Assembly (NCBI RefSeq): GCF_018350175.1
Contig: NC_058368.1
Coordinates: 87,732,001 to 87,796,000, forward strand
Direction of reading: 5' to 3'
DNA length: 64,000 nt
Source: Felis catus
Taxonomy: Eukaryota
Position 1 is the stretch's first letter. Each line of letters starts with the position of its first letter. This document shows positions 11,421 to 22,795 of this stretch, piece by piece. Under the pieces are notes generated by a model, which searched no databases, was not told the DNA's origin, and was given only the letters and a program-made list of their open reading frames with translations. Made by a program: the position numbers and the translations under genes.

Positions 11421-12846
11421 TAAATGCCAGGACATCTGGCAGCTTGAACTCCAGAACGCAGCAGGAGAGCAGGGGCTTGGGGTAAGGGTGCAGGGGAAGG
11501 GGGGGTTGCTGTCCACTGCCCCATCTCCATCCGGACATTGTGACTTCCAGGCACTACTAACTTTGAGCATTTCTCCCTGGGCTTCTGAGCCTTCTGGCTC
11601 CTCTTCTGCACCAGCCTTGGCTGTGGGTCTTGAACCCCATTGCTCTGGGCTCTTCCTGATCTGCAGGAGTTTCCTGCATGGTCTTAGTATGACCCACATC
11701 AGTTGTAACATGCCAGCCTGCGTTAACTCTGGCCGCGGGCCGCCCGGCTGAGCAGAACAGGCATTTTGTACAAGCCTTTGTATCTTACCTGAGGGGACAG
11801 TTCCAAGCACTGGGTGGCCCCACTGGCAGGCAAGGATTGACAGTATTCTCTTGCTGTGACCCCACCCCACCGCAGGACCCCCACCGCCCACGGTGAGAGG
11901 GTGGGTGTCAGTGCCCAGGTCTACAGAGCTCTGCCCCTTGGGAGGAGCTGCACCTGCATCCAGGACACCATCGGCAGACCAGCCTCTCCCCGGACAGCTC
12001 TGCTGGTCTTAGGCAAGCACATCCGGTCGGGGCACCCTGTGTGCACATCTCTGCAGGACCAGCTCCACCACACAGCCCCCACACTGTAACGGGGACCCAG
12101 GTCACGCCCAACCTCTCAACACTACAAACAAGGTTCCGTGACTGTCCGAGGTGCACCAGGGCCAGAAGATGCTGTCATCCAAGGCACACTGTAGTGTGGT
12201 GACACAGGGTACAGGGTAGCACCCGGCCCAGGGTGTAGTTGGCTGGGAGGCAATCTCTGAACCTAACCCCCAGGGCACCCTGCTAGGAATGTCTGTGTGC
12301 CCAGGGGCCCTGGGCCACTCCAGGTGGCCTGACCACGTGACACAGGGCAGGGTCTCTGGTCTGCGGCTGGACTTCATGGCACCTGTGTTGGGCACTTTTA
12401 CTGGACTCTGCTGCTCCCCACTTCTCCCTTCAGCTGACCTTTACCTGTCTCCTCACACTGTGATAAACGGTCACTGTGAGCACCACAGCCTTCAATGAGC
12501 TCTGGGAGCTTTTCTGGCAAATCACCAAGTCTGGGGGGCTGGGGGCGGGTCCCGGGCATGCCCCCCCCCCCCACCGACCTCCCAGCCAGCCTGCTTCTCC
12601 TGTTTATGGAGCTTACTCTCTCAGGCGGCTGTTCAAAGTGCTGGCTCACACCCCCTCAGGGCGTCCTGACCCACATCATCTGGGTTCCTTGTTTCCAGCC
12701 CTAACAGAGAACTGGGGCGCCACCTCCCCGGCCCTTCCCGGAGCCTGTCTGACCAATGGTGTGGGCCTCTCCTACCGTGCTGCTGTCCTGCACCTGGTCA
12801 ATCAGCACTCCACAGAGTGCAAAGGGGCCCCCAGTGTGTCTCTGCC

Positions 12847-12974
12847 CGCCAGACTCAACATCCCTGAAACTGGAAACAAGCAGGTCCGCCTGGGATAGAT
12901 AAGGGGGATCGCCAGACTCAACATCCCTGAAACTGGAAACAAGCAGGTCTGCCTGGGATAGATAAGGGGGATCG
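12847..12974. repeat. 63-bp tandem duplication (2 copies, 1 mismatch)
   Basis: CGCCAGACTCAACATCCCTGAAACTGG...GGGGGAT repeated. Confidence 0.95.
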
Positions 12975-14439
12975 GAGGGAAAGGCATTTGGGCCCTGCAC
13001 AAAGGAACCAGTTTCCTCAAAGTGCCCCTGGTCTTCTAGCAGACAAACCTCCACTTCGGGGCCTCTGTGCAGAGCCCTGCCTGCTCTCCTCGGGCTCCTG
13101 CCCCTGCACGGACCTGGATCACACGGAGGGGCACACACAAGGACCGCTGAGAGCCCACATGAGACCTTGCTTTGCTTGTCCTCACACGCAGGAGCTTGTG
13201 AAGATATTGTACAGTTTCTGTAAGATGTCATTTGAGCGTGGACTCGAAGGCAGGGGACTGGCCGGCCGCACAAATCTGGAGGAGCAACACTATTCCACAG
13301 GGCTGAATAGGGGCACGAGGGTGGGGGGGGGGGGGTGCCAGCAGGGAGCAGGCAGTTGGGGTGGGTCACGAGGCCCTGGAGGCCAGCGGGGCACTTGGAG
13401 AAACTACCAAGTGGGCAGTGGGCCTGGATGCAACTGCAGGCCATCCACACTAGAATGTTCCTGGCTTGCTGGACACAGGCTCCCTACAGTGCCCTCCCTA
13501 TGTCCACCCCACATCTAGAGTTGGGACGCTTCTAGCACCGTCCCTGGGTCTGAGGAGTCAGGATTATTGTTACTTGGCCATAGTCCCACGGTTTGTCCAG
13601 CACATCTCCACAGAGAAGGCAGGCAGGCAGCTGGCCAGGGTCACTCAGCGGAGGCAGAGAGCCCATCAGAGAGAAGTCCCATCTGCGGGAGCCCTCTTCC
13701 TGCAGCAGGGTGGATACAGCACGTCCCTGGAGACCCTCTGCGCAGGGGAGGAGGCAGATGGGAGGAGGGATGCCAGGCAAACCGGCTGGAGCAAGCCCTC
13801 TCTACTGGGCTCCATGAACACCAGCCACACCCAAACTCTCAGAAACAGAGGGGCAATAATTGCTGAGGCCTCATCTGGGAATGTGCGAATGCACCTACAG
13901 GCCTTAAGTCTGCACCATCTGGGAAGACTCCCAGCCTCAGCCATCCTTAATGGCCCCGTGTCAACATTCTAGGACCCCACATCCCCATCTCTGTGCTGCG
14001 GCACTATTGGCTGCCCTAATGTACATGATGATGCTACCACTAAGTCACAAGTCTGCCACATTCGTCTGTTGGAGAAAACCTGAAGCAAAGGGAGCCAGAG
14101 GCAGAGCGAGAGGGAACATGGCGTCCACGTGCAGGCCTGGGGGTGACCTGCACCCACACTGGTCCTCTGCCCTGGGACACATGCTGTAGGGAGCTCTAGC
14201 CACAGTCGACCTGCCTGCCCGTCCTCCCCTCCAGGTGCCGTGAGCCTTCTCTTCCCTGCACCCTAACTGGATGCCCCACACATGTGCAGGGGTCTGGTCT
14301 GCATGTCCAACAGAGCAGCCCCATCGTGGGTGGAATTTAAATGGGGTGGGTGCCAGGCCTGCACAATCTGGGCTGCCTGGCAACCGCCGTGGGCCATGGA
14401 GACCCCAGGCAAATGAGACTCAGTGACAGCAACAAGAAC

Positions 14440-14445
14440 TTTATG
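14440..14445 (-). terminator. Possible variant poly(A) signal CATAAA in the RNF187 3'UTR
   Basis: CATAAA followed by GT-rich GTTCTTGTTGCTGT on the minus strand. Confidence 0.3.
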
Positions 14446-14745
14446 AAGAGTCGTGATACATTGGGGTCAACAGTACCCACCAGTAGCTACAGGTCTCTAC
14501 AGTAAAACGGTTACAGCCTGGGGACCACGAATACCCACAGGGAAAGGGAACAGGGACACTGCTAGGGGCAGTCTTGGCCCACCCAAGGTGGCCACCCGTG
14601 GTATGCGTCCTGCGTGTGCACCTCGGTGCAGACCCTCATGGGTGAAGGTCATTGCGGGTCCAGGAGGAGGTGATGAAGGAGCTGCTGGGCGACAGGCCAG
14701 GGTGGATGGAGCTGTTACCGTCTGGAGCCAGCAGAGGGCAGGACA

Positions 14746-14748
14746 TCA
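14746..14748 (-). CDS. RNF187: RNF187 exon 4 coding part (TGA stop only)
   Basis: Polypyrimidine tract CTTCCTCTCCCTCCACACCCTCCTGCAG then TGA. Confidence 0.75.
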   Translation of the reverse strand, partial: 

Positions 14749-17211
14749 CTGCAGGAGGGTGTGGAGGGAGAGGAAGCTGCTGTGAGAACACCCAGGCCAA
14801 AGGCGCCCCAGCCACCTGCTGATGCCTGCCCCCAACCCCGCAGGGCCTTGGCACCCTCCTCTGGGGCCCGGACACAACAGGGGGCCCACCTGAAGCAGCA
14901 TGCTGAGCCCCAGGTTGCGGTGCCTCCTCTCCAGCTCCGAGACAGCCTGCAGTAGTGACCCAAAGCGCTCGGCCGGGTCTGTGTCCTCGTCCTCTGCGGA
15001 CCCCTCCTCTTTATCCGCCTCCTGCAGGAAACGCTCCTCCTCCTCGGCAAAGAAGGCCCGAAGCTTCTTGTAGTCAGTCAGGGCCTTCTTCCTGCGGTCC
15101 ATCACGTGTCCCTGCAGGGCAGGCAGGTGGACGGCACGGAGGGACACCTGTGTCCCAGGGCTAACCCTGGGGCCTCCCGCCTCACCTCTGCCCACCTGGG
15201 GAGAAGGGTTGGCTGCACAGCCAGCATCACTCCGCTGCATCCCTGCCAAATGGGGTCAGGGCTCACACCCACACCCTCTCCCTGGGCAGACCCCAGGCTG
15301 GAGGACACTTGCCTTCCAAACGGCAGCAGCAGACTCAGCCTGGCCATGCAGGTCCCGGGCGTCATTCAGGTCTTTCCGCATGATCTCCACAGAACCCTTG
15401 TTCTCCTGGAAAGACACATGGTTACTGATGGGTGCAGTCAGAGGTCCAGGGTCCCCCTCACCTGGTTCGGGGGCAGACTCAGCAAAAACGGACTGCAGGG
15501 ACCAGAGGGGGGTCTCAGCAACCCCTCTAAGCTCTCCCCAGAAAGAACTCTGATAGGAAAGGGTCTGCCAAGAATATAACCAGGTAACCAGACATAAGGC
15601 CACTCCTTGGGGGGGGGGGGGCAGGGGGCCCAGTGTTACCGTCACCAATGGGAGGGATGGAGCACGGCTTTTCAAGAGTGCACTGACCTAGACCTAGGGT
15701 TCCCCAGCAGAAGCAGAGCCCAGCTCCTGTCCACCTGCTAGCAGCAGTGCAGCCCCTAGCCACCACCCACCAGTGCCACCGCCCGGGGCTCACAGGAACC
15801 CTAGGACCCACCCCTGATAATTTGCTGCCATGCTCTCTCCTCCCTCCTCTCAGGTAGGCATGGACCACCATGTCTCAGCACCAAGAAAGGATCCGTTTTT
15901 ACTCTCGGAAATAGCACTGCCCCCAGCTCTTCGGGGGGGGAGGGGAGGTGGCCCCTGGGCCCACCTGCACCCAGACTCTCCAATGGCAGGTTTCTCCCCA
16001 GGGTCAGGTGCCCCACGCAATGGTCCACGGCACAGCCAAGGTTTCAGAACCAAGTGGGTGGGGGTCATGGAGCGCCAGTATGAAAATGGTCCAGGTAAAG
16101 GCGGGGGGTGGGGCCGCACTGGACCACAGCAGGTGACAGCCCAGGCCGACTGCCTGGTCCACTAGACAGAACCTCGGGGGGAGCAGGGGGCACTGCCACA
16201 GGGTGACGTCACGCCTGGAGGAGGGAAATGAGGTGCGGTAGGTGAAATACGGGGGTGGGGTCAGCAGATGGTCACTGTCTTCAGTACGGTGCAGGGAGGG
16301 GCGGAACTGTCTGAATCCTAGCTGGGAGAGGAGTGTCGGAGGTGCAGAAAAAAGAATACGGTCCAGGGATGGGGCGGGCACAGCCGCCTTACAGGGCTGG
16401 GGGATAAGGGGAGAAGGCACCGTCCAGGAGAGAAGGAAGAGGGGAGAGGGCACCGTCCGGCAAATGAGGGGTAACCGAGCACACTTCAGAATAAGGGATC
16501 CGGATTGGAAACAGGACAGGGTACCATCAGAGGGTTGGGGACCGGGGATGACTGGAGGACTGGGCCCCGCTCGGAGGATGGAGACTGCACTGTCCAAGGC
16601 CAGAAACCACGGATGGGGAACAGGACACCAAGCGGGGGGGGGGGGGGGGGAATTCGACACCGGCCGAGGTGTGGGGGCGGGGAGCCGGGGTTCAGGCTGG
16701 GAAACAGAACACCCGCTGAGGGTGTAGGACGGACGGCTGGGGAGGGGAAGTCAGAGCAGCCCGGGGAGTGGGGGGGGGGGGGGTACGCAGGCCGGGGACG
16801 GGCCGCGCACAGGCCGCCGCCCGCGCGCACCTTGCCGCGCAGCGCCTTCCTCCAGCGCGGCTCCCACTCTGGCGGCTCGGGCCCCGCCGCCATGCGGCAG
16901 GCGGCGCACAGCGGGCCCCCGTCGGCACGGCACAGCAGCTGCAGCGCCGCTTCGGAGGCCGGGCCGTCGCGCGCGGGCGCAGCGGCCGCCTCCTCGAGCG
17001 CCAGCAGCCGGCGGCTGAGCGGCGGGCGGCCGGGCTCCACGGCGCGCTGCCAGCAGTCGTCGGCGCACTCGGGGCACGGGAAGGGCCCGTCCTCCTCGGC
17101 CCAGAAGCGCACCACGCACGCCCGGCAGAAGCGGTGGCCGCAATCGGCGCGCACCGGCTCTCGCGGCGCGCGCTGGCACAGGGCGCAGGCGGCCTCGGCG
17201 GGCAGCGCCAG
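14746..17211 (-). CDS. RNF187: E3 ubiquitin ligase RNF187 (RACO-1), 232 aa; join(17211..16831,15405..15313,15111..14890,14748..14746)
   Basis: [28 protein letters not shown]...CPEC and C-terminus [11 protein letters not shown] recognised as RNF187; all exons phase 0 with valid splice sites. Confidence 0.95.
14890..15111 (-). CDS. RNF187: RNF187 exon 3 (74 codons, GHVMDRRKK...SMLLQ)
   Basis: CAG acceptor at 15112-15114, GTGGGC donor at 14889. Confidence 0.93.
15313..15405 (-). CDS. RNF187: RNF187 exon 2 (31 codons, ENKGSVEIM...AAAVWK)
   Basis: TTTCCAG acceptor; AAG/GCAAGT GC donor. Confidence 0.9.
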
Positions 17212-18200
17212 GGCGGCGGCGGCGGAGGCCCTCCGGAAGGGCGCGGGCGGAGGGACGGTGACCAGGGAGTGCGGGCGAGGCCGGCCCGAGACGCGGCGGA
17301 GACCGGGGACGGGGATGGAGAACACGGCCGGAGAGCCTAGGACGTGGACCAGGATGGCGACTGGGACGCGCGGGGCGGGGACGGCGGGGCGCCCCACGCA
17401 GGGTCCTGGCAGCGGTGCGCTCCACGCAGGGTCCTGGCAGAGGTGTCCTTCACTCCTTGGGATCCTGGCAACCGTGCTCCCGTTACAAAGTCCTGGCAGG
17501 GGTGCGCGCTCCTCCTTCGGAGTCCCGGCAGCAACGCTCTCCCCGGGAAGGTCCAGGCAGCGGTGCGCGCGTCCCCTCCCGGGTCCTGGCAGCGATGTAC
17601 TCCACCCCTCTCAGGTCCTGGCAGCGGTGCGCCTCACTCTCCCGTCCGTCGGCCGGCCCACGTCCTCGCACCCTGAAGTCTTACCAGGATGGTCATTTCC
17701 CTTTAAATTACTCGTAAACAATAGGGAGAGGTGTCATATTAGTATATGAAAACTAATTTCTAAATTTTTTTTGTAAGCTGCCAGGACCTGGGCGGCGAGC
17801 ACCCCGCCCCTGCGCTGTCGGGGCGGGGCTGGAAAAGGCCTTGGTGGGGCCCTCCCCTCCTGCAACGGCTGGGTACGCGCGGTCCTGCGTGGGCCTTTTC
17901 CTCGTGCAACTGCCACGCGCGGACCCTGCCGCATGCAACCGCCCTGCACGCGCCTTGTAGGGTGGGTCTTTCCCCCGTGCAGCCGCTGGGCATGCGCCGT
18001 CCCGCGTGGGCCCTTTCCTCGTGCAACCGCCACGCGCGGACCTACCCCCATGCAATCCCTCTGCACGCCCGGCCCCGCGTGGGCCCTTCCCCCGTGAAAG
18101 AGCTGGGCACACGCCGCCCCGTGTGGGCCCTTTCCCTGTGCAGCCATGCAGCCGCTGGGCATGCACCGCTCCACGTGAACCCTCCCGCAGAGCCTGTGGT
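16650..18200. promoter_or_regulatory. CpG island / promoter of RNF187, containing GC-rich tandem repeats
   Basis: Very high GC and CpG density; repeats GGTCCTGGCAGCGGTGCGC (17398-17632) and GTGGGCCCTTTCCCCGTGCA (17860-18190). Confidence 0.8.
16831..17211 (-). CDS. RNF187: RNF187 exon 1 (127 codons; CTG start; RING plus degenerate B-box)
   Basis: GCCGCCGCC-CTG-G Kozak context; donor AAG/GTGCGC at 16830. Confidence 0.9.
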
Positions 18201-18439
18201 CCATTCTCCTGGGCATCCCGTGGCCTGGAGGAATCCAGAGCCGGGAGTTTTCACAGATTCAGACCAAAGAGATCCCAGATGACCCAGAGCTACAGGCCCC
18301 AGGACATTTGTTAGAATTTCTTTAGGACTGGAGGGGGGGGGGTCGGGAGGAGGAGCAATCTGTTTTGTTGTTGTATTAAAAACAACCAAGCGTGCAGTTT
18401 AAAAAAAAAAAAAAGTTACTGTAATTTACCACTACATAA

Positions 18440-19190
18440 TTTTTGTTCTTTTAATTTATCTAAATTTTAGTTAATATACAGTGCAATTTTGGTTTCAGGA
18501 GTAGAATTTAGTGATTCACCACTTACATACAACATCCACTGCTTACCCCAAGCGCCCTCCTTAATACCCATCATCCATTTAACCCATCTCCCACCCACCT
18601 CCCTCCACCAACCCTCAGTTTGTTCTCTGTATTTAAGAATCTCTTGTGGGTTATTTTTCAACAAACCCCTTTCCCATATGTTCATCTGTTGTTGTTTTTT
18701 TCTTAAATTCCACATATGAGTGAAATAATGATATTTGTTTTTCTCTGTCGTGTTTCATTCAGCATAATATATTCTACCTCCATTCATGTTGTTGCTAATG
18801 GCTAGGTTTCATTCTTTTTTGTGGCTGAGTAATATCCCATTGTATGCATAAGTATGTATGTGTCTGTTTATGTATACATACCACACTTTCTTCATCCATT
18901 CATCTCTGGTTGGACATGAGCTATTTCCATAATTTTACTATTGCTGACAATGCTGCTTTAAACATGGGGGAGCATGTACCCTTTGAATCTGTACTTTTGT
19001 ATCCTTTGGATAAATTCCTAGTGTAATTGCTGGGTCGTAGGGTAGTTCTATTTTTAAACTCTTTGAGGAACCTCCATACTGTTCTCCAGAGTGGCTGCAC
19101 CAGTTTGCATTCCCACCAACAATGCAAGAGGGTTCCCCTTTCTCCAAATCCTCAGCAACACCTGTTGTTTCTTTTAATTTTAACATTACT
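18440..19190 (-). mobile_element. LINE-1 3' end fragment
   Basis: [21 protein letters not shown] (ORF2 C-terminus) plus 3'UTR. Confidence 0.9.
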
Positions 19191-19425
19191 TTTAAATGTT
19201 AAAAAATTAGCCTGTTATTCCATATGAGTGCAAAGTCTTCCGAATTACATTGGTTTCCATTTTTGTATGTTTGTAAAAACATGTCACAGACTTGAGAAGA
19301 TGGTAAATGGGCAGTGGGAAGTAAATGCCGGTTAGTTCTGTGGAGTAATCATCAAAAGAGGGCTTCAAGCCTAGCATACCTGATTTGTTGGGTAAATTAA
19401 GAACTTAATGGAGAGAAAAGAGACG

Positions 19426-19498
19426 GAAGGAAGGAAGGAAGGAAGGAAGGAAGGAAGGAAGGAAGGAAGGAAGGAAGGAAGGAAGGAAGGAAGGAAGG
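19426..19498. repeat. (GGAA)n microsatellite
   Basis: Direct inspection. Confidence 0.95.
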
Positions 19499-19784
19499 GA
19501 AAAAAGAGAAAGGACGGAAGGAAGAGAGAGACAAAGAAAGAAATTGAGCAAACTCCACGATAAAGTGGAACAATAATCAAGAACAATAAAGGTAACTAGC
19601 CAAGCTAGGAAGTTTTCAGCCACAAATAATACAGGGTTCATAAAATTTAGTACAGAAAAATACAGTGGAGAAATACTGCCCTACTCCCCTGGGATTTGTC
19701 AGTTCACACACTCAGCATTGCTGAATAGATGTGGGGGTGGGGGGGAATACACTACTCTGACCAGTTATTAAGAAATAGGAACAG

Positions 19785-19970
19785 GTACACCTGGAAGGCC
19801 CCATCGGTTAAACGTCTGACTCTTGATTTCAACTCAGGTCATGATCTCACGGGTCATGAGTTCCAGCCCCTGAGTCAGGCTCTGCACTGACAGCACTGAC
19901 CTGCTTGGGATTCTCTCTCTCCTTTTCTCTCTGCTCAAGCTCTCTCTCAAAATTAAATAAACATTTTTTT
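19785..19970 (+). mobile_element. CAN-SINE
   Basis: SINE body TCAGGTCATGATCTC, AATAAA tail. Confidence 0.8.
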
Positions 19971-20329
19971 TTTAAAAAGGAAATAGGAACATAAAATAAG
20001 ACTTTTTTCACTACTAAGTTAGCAGACCCCCCCAAAACCCTGATTTTGCAAATATTGCTTCTGTGAGACAGTGTAGTAATATGTAGTAAGCACCTTCAAA
20101 TTTTTCTTAACATTGGAATTCCTTTTTTAAAAAATACGTTATATTAAAATAGCCCAAAATGGAAATAAAGCCTTTCCTGATTTGGTTTGCTTTGGAGAAA
20201 TGTCTGTCCATCCCTACTTGAGGAAAAAAACAAAAAACTCCAAGTTCCAATAGCAGAGAATGAGCAAATCGTAGCAGCTATCCATTTGAAAATGTGTGCA
20301 TGAGAGACTTGGGGTAATGAGAAATCACG

Positions 20330-20735
20330 AACATTGTTTCATAACCCCCTAGATCTGCTCCAAATTCCAATGCGGGCTTTTCCCCAACATCAAGTAATTC
20401 TCTGTGACATCAGCTGGGTGCTGTACAATTTTAACTCAGTTCTACCCACGGACAGGGGCAGACCCCACAGGTGAAGGGCTCAGTCCTACAAGACTGCTCC
20501 CAAATCCAGACGCCAGCTGCAAGTGCAGGTGTCACTGGTGCTTCTGAAGGAATGGCTACAGATCAGAGGTTCCAATCACACTGTCCCATCGTCCCTCTCC
20601 TGTAAGTGCTGTGCCCCATAGACATTAATAAACTTTTTCTCTCAATCTGTTTTTCTCTTGTCAGTCTAATTCTGGGGGCCCCAGCCAATGAACCAAAGAA
20701 GGGTAAAGGAAAAAGGTTTTTCCTCCCCTACACTT
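20330..20735. mobile_element. Old ERV LTR fragment(s), MER21-like
   Basis: CAGACCCCACAGGTGAAGGGCTCAGTCCTACAAGACTGC motif recalled from the MER21 family. Confidence 0.5.
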
Positions 20736-20929
20736 TTCATTACAGGAAATAGTTACCCCATGTCTACCTTGTGTATTTGATCTGTTTTATAGCATTTGGG
20801 GTCACCCTATGTTAAGTTCTGTTCTCATAAACCAGGCTGTCCAGAGGGACAGTAACCATGTGGTCAGCTATACACCTGGGGAAATGATTGAAGACACCAG
20901 GTGTTTAAGAAGAGATGATTGGGGGGGAA

Positions 20930-22140
20930 GGAGTCCTGGGGGGCCTCAGGGGGTTGAGCACCCCACTCTTGATTTCCACTCAGGTCATAATCCCAGGGTC
21001 ATGAAACTAAGCCCTGCATCAGGCATAGGGTCTGCTTAGGATCCTCTCTCTCTCTCTCTCTCTCTCTCTGCCCCTCCCCACCCTCTCTGTCTAAAAGCAA
21101 GTATTTTTAAAAATGTTTTAAAAATAGAGGCATCTGGGTGGCTCAGTCAGTTAAGGGTCCAACTTCATCTCAGGTCATTATCTTACTGCTCATGAGTTCG
21201 AGCCCCATGTCGGGCTCTGTGCTGAGAGCTCAGAGCCTGGAGTCTGCTTTGGAGTCTATGTCTCCCTCTCTCTCTGCCCCTCCCCTGCTCACACTCTTGT
21301 CTCTCTCTCAAAAATAAATAAACATTAAAATTAAAAAAAAAAAAAAAAAGCAGACTCGGGCCCGCGCCTGGCTGGATCAGTCGTTAGAGTGTGCAATTCT
21401 TGATCTCAGGGTCGTGAATTCAAGACACACGTTCACTATAGAGTTTGCTTTTTTTTTTTTTTTTAAGTGACATGATGAGTGTTTTGGTTTTTTTTTTTTA
21501 AATTAATTTTTTTTAACGTTTATTTTTGAGACAGAGGGAGACAGAGCATGAACGGGGGAGGATCAGAGAGAGGGAGACACATAATCCGAAACAGGCTCCA
21601 GGCTCTGAGCTGTCAGCACAGAGCCCGACGCGGGGCTCGAACCCACAGACCGCGAGATCATGACCTGAGCCGAAGTTGGCGACCTAACCGACTGAGCAAC
21701 CCAGGCGCCCCTAGAGTTTGCTTTAAAAGAAAGTCTGGAGCGCTTGGGTGACTCAGTCAGTTGAAGACTGAACTTCTTTGGCTCAGATCACTCGGTCAAG
21801 TGGGTTCGAGTCCTGCGTTGGGCTCTGTGCTGACAGTTAAGAGCCTGGAGCCTGCTAAGGATTCTGTGTCTCACTCTCTGCTCCTCCCCTGCTCATGCTC
21901 TCGCTCCCTTTCTCTCAAAATAAAATAAAATAAGGAGCGCCTGGGTGGCTTGGTCGGTTGAGCATCCGACTTCAGCTCAGGTCATGATCTCAACGTTAGT
22001 GAGTTCGAGCCCCACGTGGGGCTCTGTGCTGACAGCTCGGAGCCCGGAGCCTACTTCGGATTCTGTGTCTTCCTCTCTCTGTCCCTCGCTCGCACTCTGT
22101 CTCTCTCTCTCTCTCTCAAAAATAAACATTAAAAAAAATT
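20930..22140. mobile_element. Cluster of 6 CAN-SINEs (about 20930-21100+, 21127-21349+, 21358-21451+, 21452-21711-, 21735-21930+, 21934-22140+)
   Basis: Repeated SINE heads and tails; TSD TAGAGTTTGCTTT around the minus copy. Confidence 0.9.
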
Positions 22141-22377
22141 AATAAGATAAATAAAATGAAAATTTTAAAAATCCTGACTGTGCAAGTGTCACATTTGGCA
22201 GGCTCAAAAGCAATCAGAGGTGGTTAACTGTCATTGCCCCTCATGCTACTGCTGGCGGGGTGGGCCTGGTGGGAGCAGGGAACAGTACCTCCCAGCTGTT
22301 AGGAAAAGGACGAACACCACCAACTTCTCCCAGAAGCAGAGTAGAAGTTTCCAAATGCCCGCTGAGCCCCGCAGACC

Positions 22378-22495
22378 GCGCATGCGCCCTCCCCGGAACT
22401 ACTGCCCCAAAGTAACTCACGGCCTCATTAGACTATATTTGCATAGCGGTTTCTCGGTGTTGGCTGGGAAAGATCCAAAATGGCGCACCGGAAAG
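22378..22495. promoter_or_regulatory. Orphan CpG-rich promoter-like element
   Basis: NRF1-type GCGCATGCGC 22378-22387, octamer ATTTGCAT 22437-22444, YY1-type AAAATGGCG 22477-22485, ETS-type CCGGAA 22488-22493. Confidence 0.6.
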
Positions 22496-22544
22496 AGGCC
22501 CTGCGGGGACCGGGAGGACGGAGGCGGGACCAGAGGAGCCGGAG

Positions 22545-22795
22545 AATGTGGAAATACTAAGGCGAAGGCGGGACCTTTAGGGGCGCGCTCTTCCCTGAGT
22601 TCCCGCTCCACCCTTCTCTGCGTTCACTGCCAGGAAACGCGTGCGTCCATAAGAGTCTGGGTCTGAACTCCGAGGGCGAGGACAGGGCTTCCGGGGGCGT
22701 GTTGTTGGGGCCGGGCGGATCCGCAAGGACGGCGTGAGGGAGGGGCCTCCCCGCCCCCGTGACCTCTGTGCCGCTGGGACGCTGACCACCGCCCC
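22545..22795 (+). pseudogene. Highly decayed H2A relic
   Basis: Collinear DNA matches to the intact H2A at 22583-22605, 22719-22730 and 22773-22794. Confidence 0.45.

Noticed and set aside
12990..13100. PRRAGRALH..EVEV, SPRY-like words in ORF 12701-13450
   Set aside because: Isolated, spacing inconsistent and expected by chance in GC-rich DNA
16505..17749. 414-aa + strand ORF and other long ORFs over the RNF187 CpG island
   Set aside because: Antisense or alternative frames of GC-rich sequence that lacks stops; low-complexity G/A/R/P composition
21358..21440. tRNA-Lys-like sequence
   Set aside because: Degenerate head of a short carnivore SINE; acceptor stem does not pair
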